A DNA stretch of 64,000 nt, taken from the NCBI GenBank assembly GCA_964551375.1, contig CAZKBG010000001.1:42833-106832 (forward strand), written 5' to 3'. Source of the DNA: an uncultured archaeon (GTDB lineage Archaea; Iainarchaeota; Iainarchaeia; Iainarchaeales; JAAZKV01). Made by a program: the position numbers and the translations under genes. Shown piece after piece: positions 9,980 to 19,794 of the stretch. The notes under the pieces were generated by a model. The model made no database searches. It was given only the letters and a program-made list of their open reading frames with translations, and had not been told where the DNA came from. Numbering within the stretch: position 1 is the first letter of the stretch; every line of letters begins with the position of its first letter.

Positions 9980-10441
9980 ATGAAAGCACTTGTTGTGTAC
10001 TATTCAAGAACCGGAACGACAAAAACAGTTGCTGAAGCTATTTCAAAAGAACTTAGATGTGATTTGGAAGAAATTATTGATGAAAAGAACCGCACAGGGG
10101 TGCTTGGGTGGCTTGGCGGAGGAAAGGATGCAAGTCAAAAGAAACTCACTCAAATAAAGCCAATCAAACACTCTCCAAAAAATTATGATTTGGTAGTTGT
10201 GGGCTCTCCAATATGGGCTGGATTAATGGCTCCTGCGTTAAGGACTTATCTTTCACAAAACAAGCCCTCAAATATCGCTGCTTTTTGCACAATGGGGGGA
10301 AATAATCCTGGAGCATTTTTTAAAGATCTTGATGAAAACTTTGGAAAACCGAAGACATGTGTTGCAATCCAAACAAGCGAAGTAAAACAGGGCAAAACTC
10401 CTGAAAAAATAAAGGAATTTATCACACTGATTTCCAAGTGA
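9980..10441 (+). CDS. flavodoxin-like fold protein
   Basis: N-term MKALVVYYSRTGTTKTVAEAI is a typical flavodoxin-family start; size ~150 aa. Confidence 0.6.
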   Translation: MKALVVYYSRTGTTKTVAEAISKELRCDLEEIIDEKNRTGVLGWLGGGKDASQKKLTQIKPIKHSPKNYDLVVVGSPIWAGLMAPALRTYLSQNKPSNIAAFCTMGGNNPGAFFKDLDENFGKPKTCVAIQTSEVKQGKTPEKIKEFITLISK

Positions 10442-10621
10442 TGTTTAGTCTAAGTGGTGTTTTGTCTAAGTGATGCCTAATCTAAGCAAGGTTTAATTTT
10501 TTAATAAATTTATTCTCAATTGGTTGTTTGACTTCAAATAGTATAATTTTTAAACACAAAAGATAAGCTAATGATAGAACTTGACAGTTGGTTAAGTAAG
10601 TGATAGCAGATTAATTGAATT

Positions 10622-10960
10622 TTGAAATGGAAGGGAATTTGTATGGCGCTTGACATGGACACAATAATTTTTGTTCTTGCGGGATTTTTTATTCTAATTG
10701 CGGTATTTTTCTTAATGTTGAGATTCTCAAGCAGTAAAATTGTGAAAAAATTCACTGTTGATAGCACTTTGCAGCAAAAAAATGATGAAAAATTTGCAAA
10801 GCTTTCAGCAAGCGTTGCCCAAAACTCAAAGGACATTGAACAAATTAAAAGAATGCTTAATGAAGAAAGAGTGTCTAAAGTAGGTCCTTATGATGATGTA
10901 ATAGCTAAGCCAAATAACAGCACTCAAGCGGCTATTGATGCAATTACAAAAACAATATAA
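10622..10960 (+). CDS. small single-pass membrane protein
   Basis: TM segment IIFVLAGFFILIAVFFLML; start may be the ATG at 10643. Confidence 0.4.
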   Translation: MKWKGICMALDMDTIIFVLAGFFILIAVFFLMLRFSSSKIVKKFTVDSTLQQKNDEKFAKLSASVAQNSKDIEQIKRMLNEERVSKVGPYDDVIAKPNNSTQAAIDAITKTI

Positions 10961-10968
10961 ACAAGCTT

Positions 10969-11292
10969 TTATTTTTCCTGCTTCATTCCAAATCCTTTCT
11001 CTGGGAAACGCTTTTTTCCTTTTTTTACTTCTGTTCCATATTCTCTAAACAATGCGTCCCAATCAGCTTTTTTTATAGTGGCTGGGTCCGCCATTTTTCC
11101 AGGGGTGCTTCTTGTTACTACTCTATAAGCTCCTTTTGAGCCGTAAAGTACTGCATCCTTTTGCATCTGTCTGATTTCTGCATTTGCTGATTTTACAGAC
11201 ATTGTTTTTACTGGCTTTGTTTTTCCTGGCGCAAATCCGCAGGGCATGTGGGAAGAGTGGACTTGTCCAACCATTCGGATAGTTTTTCGCAT
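10969..11292 (-). CDS. hypothetical protein (107 aa)
   Basis: ORF with basic C-terminus; no family recognised. Confidence 0.35.
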   Translation of the reverse strand: MRKTIRMVGQVHSSHMPCGFAPGKTKPVKTMSVKSANAEIRQMQKDAVLYGSKGAYRVVTRSTPGKMADPATIKKADWDALFREYGTEVKKGKKRFPEKGFGMKQEK

Positions 11293-11427
11293 AATAGTAA
11301 TTCTTACTGCTTAGGAACTATTTAACTTATTTGATTAATTGCAACTCCCTTTTGAAATGAACACTATTTGTTGGACGTTAGTTAAATTTCCAAAAAGAAA
11401 GTTTAAGTAAAAGAAAGCCATTAAATT

Positions 11428-11844
11428 GTGATAAATATTGGTGGTAAAATGGTTGTTGAAGAAAAGTTCTCTGGGAAAATATATCAAATCGTAAACGGGG
11501 CTCAATGGGATGCGACTAGTTTTATTGTAATTGAGGATAAAATGGTGATTTTTGGAGTTGGGGGAGTAGCATCAGAGGGAAATCCTGACCAAGCCAAAAG
11601 AGGCTCTCTTATTGGATTTAATCTTGAAAAAAGCGGCTGGGAAAAGAAATGCTTAAATAAGAAAGTTGAAGTATTTGCAAAACTTTCTGAAAACTCTGAT
11701 AAAATAGTTAAAAACAATAAACTTTCAGCAAAGCAGTACCTTGATGAGGGCGAAAAAGTTCCAAAAGATTACTTGTATTTAACAAAAGTGAATAAAGTGT
11801 ATACTTTGTACGGGAATGAAAAATACTTTGTGAAATTGGGCTAA
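11428..11844 (+). CDS. small hypothetical protein, paralog B (138 aa) of ORF 9517..9921
   Basis: See paralog A; ~35-40% identity by eye across the full length. Confidence 0.5.
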   Translation: MINIGGKMVVEEKFSGKIYQIVNGAQWDATSFIVIEDKMVIFGVGGVASEGNPDQAKRGSLIGFNLEKSGWEKKCLNKKVEVFAKLSENSDKIVKNNKLSAKQYLDEGEKVPKDYLYLTKVNKVYTLYGNEKYFVKLG

Positions 11845-11847
11845 TTT

Positions 11848-12222
11848 TCACTTCTTTAGTTTTGCTTTTTGCTTGGCTTCATTTTCCTTCAACCTTGCTT
11901 TTACAATTTTCTTTACAAGGGTTTTTGGAATAGGGTGCTCAAGGGAAAAGTACAGCGTCCCAGTGGATGCTTTAAACGGCTTTAATTCTTTCTCAAACTT
12001 TTTCATAGTTTTAGCGCTCATTACAAAAAAACTTAAGTGCCCTTTGAAAGCAGCATATCCTACAAGCATTCCTCCGTAGAAAAAAATAGGCATTCCGTAG
12101 CTGATTTTCTCCGCCGCATCAGGAGCAGAGGAAATAATTGTTTTTCTAATATTATTTAATGCAGTTTTTTGTTCCTTTGGCAGGGCTTGGAAATACTCTG
12201 ACACTGATTTTGCTTTATTCAT
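11848..12222 (-). CDS. DUF1801 (YdhG-like) domain protein
   Basis: ...KISYGMPIFFYGGMLVGYAAFKGHLSFF... pattern and ~120 aa size fit the YdhG/DUF1801 family. Confidence 0.45.
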   Translation of the reverse strand: MNKAKSVSEYFQALPKEQKTALNNIRKTIISSAPDAAEKISYGMPIFFYGGMLVGYAAFKGHLSFFVMSAKTMKKFEKELKPFKASTGTLYFSLEHPIPKTLVKKIVKARLKENEAKQKAKLKK

Positions 12223-12295
12223 GGTGACAAATACTACTGCGAAGAAGTTAATAGATTAACCTTTGCATTTGGCGGATTAATTTTTGATTAATAAA

Positions 12296-12694
12296 TTAGT
12301 TTTTTGAGCCAGGGGGCTTTTTCTTTTTAATTTGTGGTTTAAATTTAGTCGGCTTTGACCATTTGAATCCTTTAATATTTTTTAAGTTTTTAGAATAAGC
12401 TCCGCCAGGGCCGATTTGATGCCCAACTTGCGGTTCTTTTTCCAAATCTCTAACTATAATTGTAGTTGGGAGTCCTTCTTTCTGCCTTTGTTTTGCAAGC
12501 CTTTCTGCAAGTCTTTGTGCCTGATCCTTTTCTTCAAACCCTGCTGCAATTACTTGGTTTTTTCCTCCGTGAGAACGAGGGCCCATTACTTCGAGAGCTG
12601 CATTAGCGCCCTGCTTGCTACTTCTTGTAAACATTTGCCCAATTGGAGTTTGGTGCAAGTGGTATTTTTTCCCAGCCAAAATTTTTCTTTGCAT
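12296..12694 (-). CDS. hypothetical basic protein (132 aa)
   Basis: ORF only. Confidence 0.35.
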   Translation of the reverse strand: MQRKILAGKKYHLHQTPIGQMFTRSSKQGANAALEVMGPRSHGGKNQVIAAGFEEKDQAQRLAERLAKQRQKEGLPTTIIVRDLEKEPQVGHQIGPGGAYSKNLKNIKGFKWSKPTKFKPQIKKKKPPGSKN

Positions 12695-12756
12695 AATGAA
12701 CTAATTTATTTGAATTATTTAAAGCTATCCTGGCAACTGAAAGTAGATTTTGCCAG

Positions 12757-13389
12757 TTAGTTTTCTTCATTAACCATTCTTGCAAAGTGCCCTATAATTA
12801 GAACTACATATCCTAAAGCAAGAACTGCTACAAATATGTTCATTACATTCATGGACAATAAAACCGCAATTTTTGCAATGAATGAGCTTTGAGCTGAAAC
12901 ATTGATTGCGCTAAATACTGCTCCAATTAACCATGCTACAAATGCAATTCCTGCTGCTGAAATTATTGGCTTTATGAAGTACTTGAAGTGTCCAAGCGAT
13001 TTTGAAATGTACTCCATGTAGCTGAATAATAACCCGGCAGCAAAAAACCAAGCCAAGTTGGCTGAAACAAACCCAGTTAAAGAAGTAATGAAAGTGCTTC
13101 CAAGTCCGCCGTTAATCCAATTAATTATCCAAACAATTATTACTAAAACAACAATTCCAATAATGCTTCCAATTAAAGGTCCTATAATTCCAAAAGGGTG
13201 CCAAGTGCAGTCCCACTTTTCCTTGAAGTGCTTGCCTTTTTTCTCAAACATGCTTTCCATTTTTCTTTCAAAAGCTTCGCCTTTTTTCTCCATCTTCTTT
13301 CCAAAGCGCTCTCCCCACTCGTCCCAATACTCTTCATCGCTTAATCGTCTTGAGGTTTTTGCTTTAACTTTTTTAGCCATTAAAATCAC
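12757..13389 (-). CDS. multi-pass membrane protein with charged cytoplasmic N-terminus
   Basis: K/E-rich N-terminal ~70 aa followed by 4-5 hydrophobic helices. Confidence 0.5.
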   Translation of the reverse strand: MILMAKKVKAKTSRRLSDEEYWDEWGERFGKKMEKKGEAFERKMESMFEKKGKHFKEKWDCTWHPFGIIGPLIGSIIGIVVLVIIVWIINWINGGLGSTFITSLTGFVSANLAWFFAAGLLFSYMEYISKSLGHFKYFIKPIISAAGIAFVAWLIGAVFSAINVSAQSSFIAKIAVLLSMNVMNIFVAVLALGYVVLIIGHFARMVNEEN

Positions 13390-13466
13390 TTAAGTAACGG
13401 CTTTGAAATATTTAAATGTTGTTTTGGGTAATTTGAGCAGGGGGAAAAAGTTTAATAGCGGAGCAA

Positions 13467-14096
13467 TTAATTTGTGCCCGCTATTTTTCCTGCAACAATT
13501 GATGCAAGAGCTGTTGCTTCTGCGCTCCCCGCAGTAGTTGTTACTGAGACAAGTTTTGCTGCGTATACTCCTTGAGCAAAATTAAATCCCATGTTCTTGC
13601 ATGAAACATCGCCGATATTTAAAGAGTCCTTCCCAGCGCATCCCCAAATGCCTGTAACATAGCTCTGTGCAACTGTGGCGCTGCTTGCTTTTAAAATTGC
13701 AATATTTCCGCTTGGCTTCATTTCAGTTCCTTCCATTGGAACAGGATCAAGCCAAATAGCGTTGCATCCATCTTTAATTGATTTATAAGTAACTTCAGTG
13801 CCTGCTGAAAGCTTTAATGAACTAACAATATCTTCTTTTGAAATAAAATTTGCGCAGTTAATGCTTGGCGAGGTTGGTTCATTACCTGAAACTTCTCCTG
13901 TTCCTGGATTTGTAACTGGATTATCAGAAGCATCTACATTACTCCCGCTTCCAGCCGGAACAGTAGCGCTGCCGTCTGAAATAAAATTAAAATCCGAATT
14001 TGCATCAGCATTATTATTTGCTGGTGTTTGAGTGCATCCAAATAAAACAAAAGCGCTCAACAAAACTAAAACTATTGCCATAATTTTCTTACTCAT
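13467..14096 (-). CDS. secreted lipoprotein (lipobox LFGC|TQT)
   Basis: MSKKIMAIVLVLLSAFVLFGCTQT: signal peptide plus lipobox Cys; remainder G/S/T/N-rich. Confidence 0.5.
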   Translation of the reverse strand: MSKKIMAIVLVLLSAFVLFGCTQTPANNNADANSDFNFISDGSATVPAGSGSNVDASDNPVTNPGTGEVSGNEPTSPSINCANFISKEDIVSSLKLSAGTEVTYKSIKDGCNAIWLDPVPMEGTEMKPSGNIAILKASSATVAQSYVTGIWGCAGKDSLNIGDVSCKNMGFNFAQGVYAAKLVSVTTTAGSAEATALASIVAGKIAGTN

Positions 14097-14222
14097 AAAA
14101 TCACACTACAAGTAATGCCCAAGTCGTATATAAAACTGATGATTTGTGCTTTTGATTAAGGAAAGTTTAAGGCAATGGTTTATCCAAGAAGATTTAAGTA
14201 AAAGAAAATACCTTATTATTTT

Positions 14223-14822
14223 ATGCCAAATAATTCCAATAAACCCTCAAAAGTCCGCCTCACTGGCGCAGCTCGAGAGGAGAGATTAACAGTTCTAAAA
14301 TCAGCAAGAAAATTTAAGGAACTTAATTTGTGGTACGCAAAAGAAGCACGAAGAATGGGATTAACTACTGCGAAAATTGCTCACGGGGTGGGCGCTGAAA
14401 TTCAAATCTTTATTTTAAAAAAGCTAAAATTAGAAGAGCAAGCAAAAAAGCGCGCAATAGAACTCATCACAGAAGATGGGCGAAATATGGTTTTAATGGT
14501 GGAAGCCAATGCAAGAATTCCTTATAAAAAAGCAGATTTTATTGCAAGGATTGACCATGCGTTAAAAATATTGCCGGATGTTAAGGAAGCTCTCATAAAA
14601 GAAGTTCCTCATGGAAAAGAAATTATTAAAGGACTTCCAGGGGTTAGAGAAAAACTCGCCTCAGACCCAAGAACAACCTCTGTAGGCGGAGCAGGAATAA
14701 TGCAGGATATTTCTCTGATAAATCTCCTCAAACTCCAGCAAATCCTTGGAAAAGAAAAATTTAGCGAATTAACAAGGCTAACTGCGCAAACAATGGATGA
14801 AGTTAGGAAAAGAGGATATTGA
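14223..14822 (+). CDS. hypothetical protein (199 aa)
   Basis: ORF only. Confidence 0.4.
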   Translation: MPNNSNKPSKVRLTGAAREERLTVLKSARKFKELNLWYAKEARRMGLTTAKIAHGVGAEIQIFILKKLKLEEQAKKRAIELITEDGRNMVLMVEANARIPYKKADFIARIDHALKILPDVKEALIKEVPHGKEIIKGLPGVREKLASDPRTTSVGGAGIMQDISLINLLKLQQILGKEKFSELTRLTAQTMDEVRKRGY

Positions 14823-15002
14823 AAAAAAGGAATTTAATTTTTTAAAATAACTCTCATTAAATAACTCATTTTGTTGGACATTAATTTTGCTAATGTTTTT
14901 ACAGTTGTGATATTTTATTTGTTTTTCATATATAGTGTATATTTTTACTTTATTCTCTTAACTTAGAAGGTTTTTTCGAATTATCGTCTCAAGTATATCC
15001 TC

Positions 15003-15815
15003 GTGGTTGAAATGAGAAAAGAATCCGCGGTTTTAGTTGAAAAGACAATGAATGCCCAGAGTGATATTTGGGGAACAAAAGCGAGTGATTGGGCAACTTA
15101 TCAGGAGCCCGCGCATATTGCAATTTACAGCGCAGTACTTTCAGAAACAGGCGCCGGGGTTGGAAAGAAAATTCTTGATGTTGGGTGCGGAACAGGATTA
15201 TTTTTAGAAATGGCTTCAAAAACCGGTGCTGAAATCACCGGAGTTGATTTCTCTCCAGGATTTCTTGAATTTTCAAAGCAAAGACTTCCAGAAGGAGATT
15301 TTCACTTAGCTGAAATGGAAAAGCTTCCATTTGCTGACAATACCTTTGACGCAGTGGTTGGAGTAAATTCCTTCCAATTCTCAAAAGATCCCGTTAAAGC
15401 GTTTAAGGAAGCAAAAAGAGTGTCAAAAGACAAAGTAATAATTAGTTTTTTCACTTCTCCCAAAGAAAATGACTTATTTGATTTCATCTCAAGCGTTCGC
15501 CCGTTTATGCCTCCTGAATTTTCAAACGGACCAACCCCGTTTACTCTTTCAAAAGAAGGAAAATTTGAAGAAGTTGCAAAAAATGCGGGACTTAAAATTA
15601 TTGATAAGTTAAACGTAGAATCGCTTTGGACATATCCAAATATGGAAATCGCTCTAAAAGCTCTTGGCTCTTCAGGCCCTGCTGCAATGGCAATGAAAGG
15701 CGCAGATGCTAAGAAAGTAAAGGCTTCAATTGAATCTGCCCTAAAAAAGCACGAGACAAAAACAGGATCTATTCAATTAAGGAACCGATTGAATTACTTT
15801 GTAATGCAAAAATAA
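15003..15815 (+). CDS. class I SAM-dependent methyltransferase (Methyltransf_11-like)
   Basis: Motif I KILDVGCGTGLF; acidic motif II ITGVDFSP; motif III FDAVVGV; GTG start at 15003 or ATG at 15012. Confidence 0.75.
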   Translation: MVEMRKESAVLVEKTMNAQSDIWGTKASDWATYQEPAHIAIYSAVLSETGAGVGKKILDVGCGTGLFLEMASKTGAEITGVDFSPGFLEFSKQRLPEGDFHLAEMEKLPFADNTFDAVVGVNSFQFSKDPVKAFKEAKRVSKDKVIISFFTSPKENDLFDFISSVRPFMPPEFSNGPTPFTLSKEGKFEEVAKNAGLKIIDKLNVESLWTYPNMEIALKALGSSGPAAMAMKGADAKKVKASIESALKKHETKTGSIQLRNRLNYFVMQK

Positions 15816-15860
15816 TTGTGTGATTCATAAATATTTCTCAAAGTCTTTCGTATTAAAAGA

Positions 15861-16523
15861 TTGTCAAAATCACAATATATGGGACACTTTTTATTTTTGA
15901 AAAGCTTAAATAATTCCTCAACCCCCTATCATCTGTTTATGCCACCAGGGGTTTATCGAAAAATCAAACGCTTTATTGCAAAGAAAAAAGCAAGAGTAAT
16001 TCGCACAGTTCCAGTTACAATGGAAGAACTCTTGACTAAACCAATCTATTTCCAAGCAGGGGCTAAAAAAGCTCAGCAAAATAAGAGCTCAAGTTTTGCT
16101 TTCAAAAATAAGTACAGAATGCATGACTCTTTTTTGTCACGTTACAAAGGGAAGATAAAAGTTTTTGCAGACATAGGGTGCGCGCTTAATCAAGGTGCCC
16201 CAGCAACGCAAGCATCAAAAAAAGCCCTTGGGGCAGGCTCAAAAGTATACGCTGTTGACATCTTCCCGCTGCCAAAAGGCCACAAACCTGTTAATTTTAT
16301 TCCAGTAATTCACTCAATAGTAAAGGGGAAACTGCCTCAGCAATGCGATGCAATAAGAATGGCAAACTTATCGAATCACCTTACTCCTGAAGAGAACCGC
16401 GCGGCACTAATTCATGTTCATGCAAGCCTAAGAGAAGGGGGATTTTTACTCGGCGCAAGACTCGACGACCAATTCATCCTCCAAAAAAGAGGGGCTGGAT
16501 TTAGGATAGTTGCAAGATTTTGA
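15861..16523 (+). CDS. hypothetical protein (220 aa), possible degenerate Rossmann-fold
   Basis: VFADIGCALNQGA...KVYAVDI is loosely MTase motif I/II-like; weak. Confidence 0.35.
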   Translation: MSKSQYMGHFLFLKSLNNSSTPYHLFMPPGVYRKIKRFIAKKKARVIRTVPVTMEELLTKPIYFQAGAKKAQQNKSSSFAFKNKYRMHDSFLSRYKGKIKVFADIGCALNQGAPATQASKKALGAGSKVYAVDIFPLPKGHKPVNFIPVIHSIVKGKLPQQCDAIRMANLSNHLTPEENRAALIHVHASLREGGFLLGARLDDQFILQKRGAGFRIVARF

Positions 16524-16584
16524 TGACACTCTGAAACTGATACATAACAATTAGTCTCACTTTTAGTTTCTGGTGTGTGTTTGT

Positions 16585-16974
16585 TTAATTTGGGGTGTTA
16601 GGGTTGTATTCAAATCCTTGGGGCATGGGGTATTCTTCAAAGCAATTGTTTTGGTCATGTCTCCATATTTTTTCACAAGAAGCATCGCATTTTTCCTTAT
16701 TGTATTCGGCTGCATCTATGCATATACTATTGCATGATTCAAATTTAGAAGTTGCTTTGTCTGTGCAGTATTCGCTAAGCCCTTTCCATAATTGGTAGTC
16801 AATTCTATGAGTTTGGCTGTTTAAGTCGCCGGCCCTTGCCTCAAGAACTGCAACTTTGTTTTCAAGAGCAGCAATCTTCGCTGCGCTGGGGTCATCAGCA
16901 ACTGATTGAGTGCATCCGAAAATGAATGTTAAAGCAATTAGTGTGATTATTAAAAATCCAGTTTTAAATTTCAT
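16585..16974 (-). CDS. small Cys-rich secreted lipoprotein (lipobox IFGC|TQS)
   Basis: MKFKTGFLIITLIALTFIFGCTQS; 8 further Cys; coiled-coil segment AALENKVAVLEARAGDL. Confidence 0.5.
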   Translation of the reverse strand: MKFKTGFLIITLIALTFIFGCTQSVADDPSAAKIAALENKVAVLEARAGDLNSQTHRIDYQLWKGLSEYCTDKATSKFESCNSICIDAAEYNKEKCDASCEKIWRHDQNNCFEEYPMPQGFEYNPNTPN

Positions 16975-17495
16975 GACTTAGTAAGGTTTTCCTGTTATAA
17001 ATATCTTTCTAAAACGCTGGACTAATACATAACTTGATACATAACTTTGAACTCACTTTTGATTTAGGCTTCTTTTAGTCTTGTCCTTTATTTCCAAGGT
17101 CGCCTCAATCCTTTGGTGACCCAAAATTTTCGCGCAAAAACCTGACGTAACCCTTCATTTTGGCACGTCAACTGACGTAAAGAATTGATAAAGTCCTTCA
17201 TTTAGCCAATTTGACGCACTTTAGAGTTTCGTCTGATTTTGAAAGTGGCTCAAAATGCCCTAAAATCAACCCTTTTTCAATGCGTAATGTCGGATAATCA
17301 TTCTTATCCGGTATTTCCCCTTCACAAAATATGTAAGTTTTTTTAAAAGTGCCCTGAATAATTTAGTAGTGGAAGTCCGCCACCGTGGGGGTGGCATAAA
17401 TAAAGGTGGCCTAAAATCAAAAGTATGGAAAACAGCCCCTATATTGTTATGTATAAAGTAAGATTAATATTTGAGTTTGGCAGTTAATTTTCCTT

Positions 17496-17684
17496 ATGAA
17501 AGCGCCAAAAACAATAACAAGCCGAGGAGTCCTTGGACTTAGGACTTCAAAAAAAGCCAGGCCAATGAGTTCAACAACTGCTTGGGCAGCTGGGGGCCAA
17601 AATCCAGCTAGGAAAATGACTCGAAAACAGGAGCGGCTGATGAAAGATTATCTGCGCTACTTGGAAGAGAATCGCAAACAATGA
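17496..17684 (+). CDS. small basic ORF (62 aa), doubtful
   Basis: Isolated in a ~1 kb gene-poor region; could be spurious. Confidence 0.2.
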   Translation: MKAPKTITSRGVLGLRTSKKARPMSSTTAWAAGGQNPARKMTRKQERLMKDYLRYLEENRKQ

Positions 17685-18015
17685 CTGGGGTTATCGCAGA
17701 CAATGAATTGAATTGTTGTCCACAGATCTATCCAAATCAACACACAAAACAAACCCTATTTTTTCATTAAACTGATTTTAAGCATTTTTGACTAATTTCA
17801 GCCTAAATTTGAACTTTATTTGTTATGGTGGCTTATGGCTAATTAGTGGCTAAAGTTAGATAATGGTTATTTTGAAGGGGGGTTGGGGATTGTAAAAAAT
17901 GTCCAAGAAAGTGAGTGAATTTATTGAAAAACATAATTTTTGAGGCAGGTAAAGCCCAAAATAGTTATGTTTAATTAAGGAATAAAGTGTTTCTTTTGCT
18001 AATAGTTTTTTCAAC

Positions 18016-18936
18016 TTATTTTTTAAAGGTTTTTGGCTTGGTTGATTTTTGCTTTGCCCAAGTATCGCTTCCACGGGCAAGAGCAATATTGGCAGCTACT
18101 TTGCGATACACTTTAAGCCCTGACCTAATGGCTCTTTTTATTGGGGTTCCTTTTTGTTTCTGCCCCTTTGGCGGGCCAAGTTTATCCAATAAAGGAGTAA
18201 GGCTTGGGTAGTATTTTTTTATAAGCGTTCTTGAAACCTCGTTTCGCTTATGTAGCCTCAAAGTATCAAGCAAAGTTGGGGCATATGAATAAACATGCGC
18301 TTCATTAACCACTCTAAATCTTCCCCACAATTTTAAAGTCAAAAAAGTGTCTTCATGAATTCGCTGATCTTTTGGCATGATAATCTTTCTTGCCTCTTCC
18401 CTTCTAATGGCATAGCATCTCCCGTGAATTATTCCTTGGGTGAATGAATCAGGGTTGATTTTTGTTTTCATCACCATTTTCTTTGCGGGTTGAAATTTAG
18501 TCAATTTTTCATTCACATAAATCGCCTTTGCGCTTGCCGCGGCAAGGTTTGGCTCTTTATGGAGAGTTTTGAGCAGCTTTCCAAAACTATCTTCTTTTAG
18601 CACAACATCAGCATCAGCAAACAACAATACTTTTGACTTTGGATTGCTTCTTCTGACAAGCTCCATCCATGCATTATTTTTTCCCTTTTCTTGTAGAACA
18701 AGCACTCTCACATGCGGGTCGCGCTTGGCAATTTCCAGCGCAATTCTTTCGCTGTTATCAGTGCTTCCATTGATGCAAAATACAAGCTCTTTTTCAGCTG
18801 ATGTTTTCCAAAGTCCGAGTCGGGTTATATTTTCATAAATATTTCTGATTGACTCTTCTTCGTTATATGCCGGAATGCAGATTGAGAACATGAAGTAATT
18901 AGTTTTGTCTATGGTTATATACTTTTGTAAGGGCAA
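18016..18936 (-). CDS. family 2 glycosyltransferase
   Basis: FSICIPAYNEEESI near the N-terminus plus downstream D..D region (LLFADADVV) typical of GT2. Confidence 0.75.
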   Translation of the reverse strand: MPLQKYITIDKTNYFMFSICIPAYNEEESIRNIYENITRLGLWKTSAEKELVFCINGSTDNSERIALEIAKRDPHVRVLVLQEKGKNNAWMELVRRSNPKSKVLLFADADVVLKEDSFGKLLKTLHKEPNLAAASAKAIYVNEKLTKFQPAKKMVMKTKINPDSFTQGIIHGRCYAIRREEARKIIMPKDQRIHEDTFLTLKLWGRFRVVNEAHVYSYAPTLLDTLRLHKRNEVSRTLIKKYYPSLTPLLDKLGPPKGQKQKGTPIKRAIRSGLKVYRKVAANIALARGSDTWAKQKSTKPKTFKK

Positions 18937-19028
18937 GAGCAGCTTTTTGGCAAGTGATTTTTTAAAAAAAAATCAAAAACCCTTAGTGAATATATTTTGT
19001 TTTAAGGAAAAAGAGTATTCTATTGGGC

Positions 19029-19670
19029 TTATTTTTCAAGAACTGAAAATGCATGTTTCCATATATTCTGCCTTGCGCCATATCTTACCCAAAGAACAAC
19101 AAGCGCTTCAAGCCAATAGGACTCATTAATTTCGCCTAAATCAATTATTTTTTCCCAGCCTAATTTTTTTGCAATTTCAATAACTTGTTTTTTTGCATCC
19201 TCGTCATTTCCGCAGATGAAAAAATCAGGCGTTCCTGCTTCCATTTTTGGATTAATCATGGTGTCTGCGTTAATGGTGTTAAATGCTTTGACCACTCTTG
19301 ATTTTGGGAGCCACTCCTGCACCATTGCTCCGCCTGATTTTTGGGGAGTTGAGAGAATTCCAGGCAAATCTCCTTTTGAAAAATCAAGTGGGTTAGTGAC
19401 ATCAATGACAATTTTGTTTTCAAAATTTTCTTTTCCTGCAAGATTAATCGCATTCTTTAGCCCAGTCCACTTGGCTGCGAGGACTATTATTTCTCCAAAT
19501 TTTGCCGCGTCAGAAAAGCTTCCTATTGAGGCTTGTTTTCCCTTTCCCTTAAACCATGCGTTTAACTTGATAGGGTTTCTTGTCCCAATTTTGATTTCAT
19601 GCCCGAGGTTCAAAAAACCTTCAGCAAGGCTTGTTCCAACAATTCCGGAGCCAAGAATTCCAATTTTCAT
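19029..19670 (-). CDS. NAD(P)-binding oxidoreductase, F420_oxidored/COG2085-like dinucleotide-binding family
   Basis: MKIGILGSGIVGTSLAEGF Rossmann GxGxxG start; ~213 aa. Confidence 0.55.
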   Translation of the reverse strand: MKIGILGSGIVGTSLAEGFLNLGHEIKIGTRNPIKLNAWFKGKGKQASIGSFSDAAKFGEIIVLAAKWTGLKNAINLAGKENFENKIVIDVTNPLDFSKGDLPGILSTPQKSGGAMVQEWLPKSRVVKAFNTINADTMINPKMEAGTPDFFICGNDEDAKKQVIEIAKKLGWEKIIDLGEINESYWLEALVVLWVRYGARQNIWKHAFSVLEK

Positions 19671-19794
19671 TTATAACACTTCCATTATTCCTCGCGCAAA
19701 AGAAGCGATGCGCATGGAGTGTAATTAATGTGTTTAACTTGTCTAAATTTCTGTCGAAGAAAAGAGAATGTGTGAAAAATAATCACATGTGTCT

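Noticed and set aside
17141-17200. Direct repeats ctgacgtaa spaced ~29 nt apart, considered as a possible mini-CRISPR
   Set aside because: Only two copies. The repeats are 9 nt with no regular repeat-spacer architecture, and there are no cas genes. More consistent with operator-like sites.
17366-17440. GGAAGUCCG...ACAGCCCC resembling RNase P RNA P4 strands
   Set aside because: The two segments are only ~60 nt apart, whereas P4 strands are ~250 nt apart, and other conserved regions (CR-II/CR-III) are not evident. Kept only as a generic ncRNA possibility.
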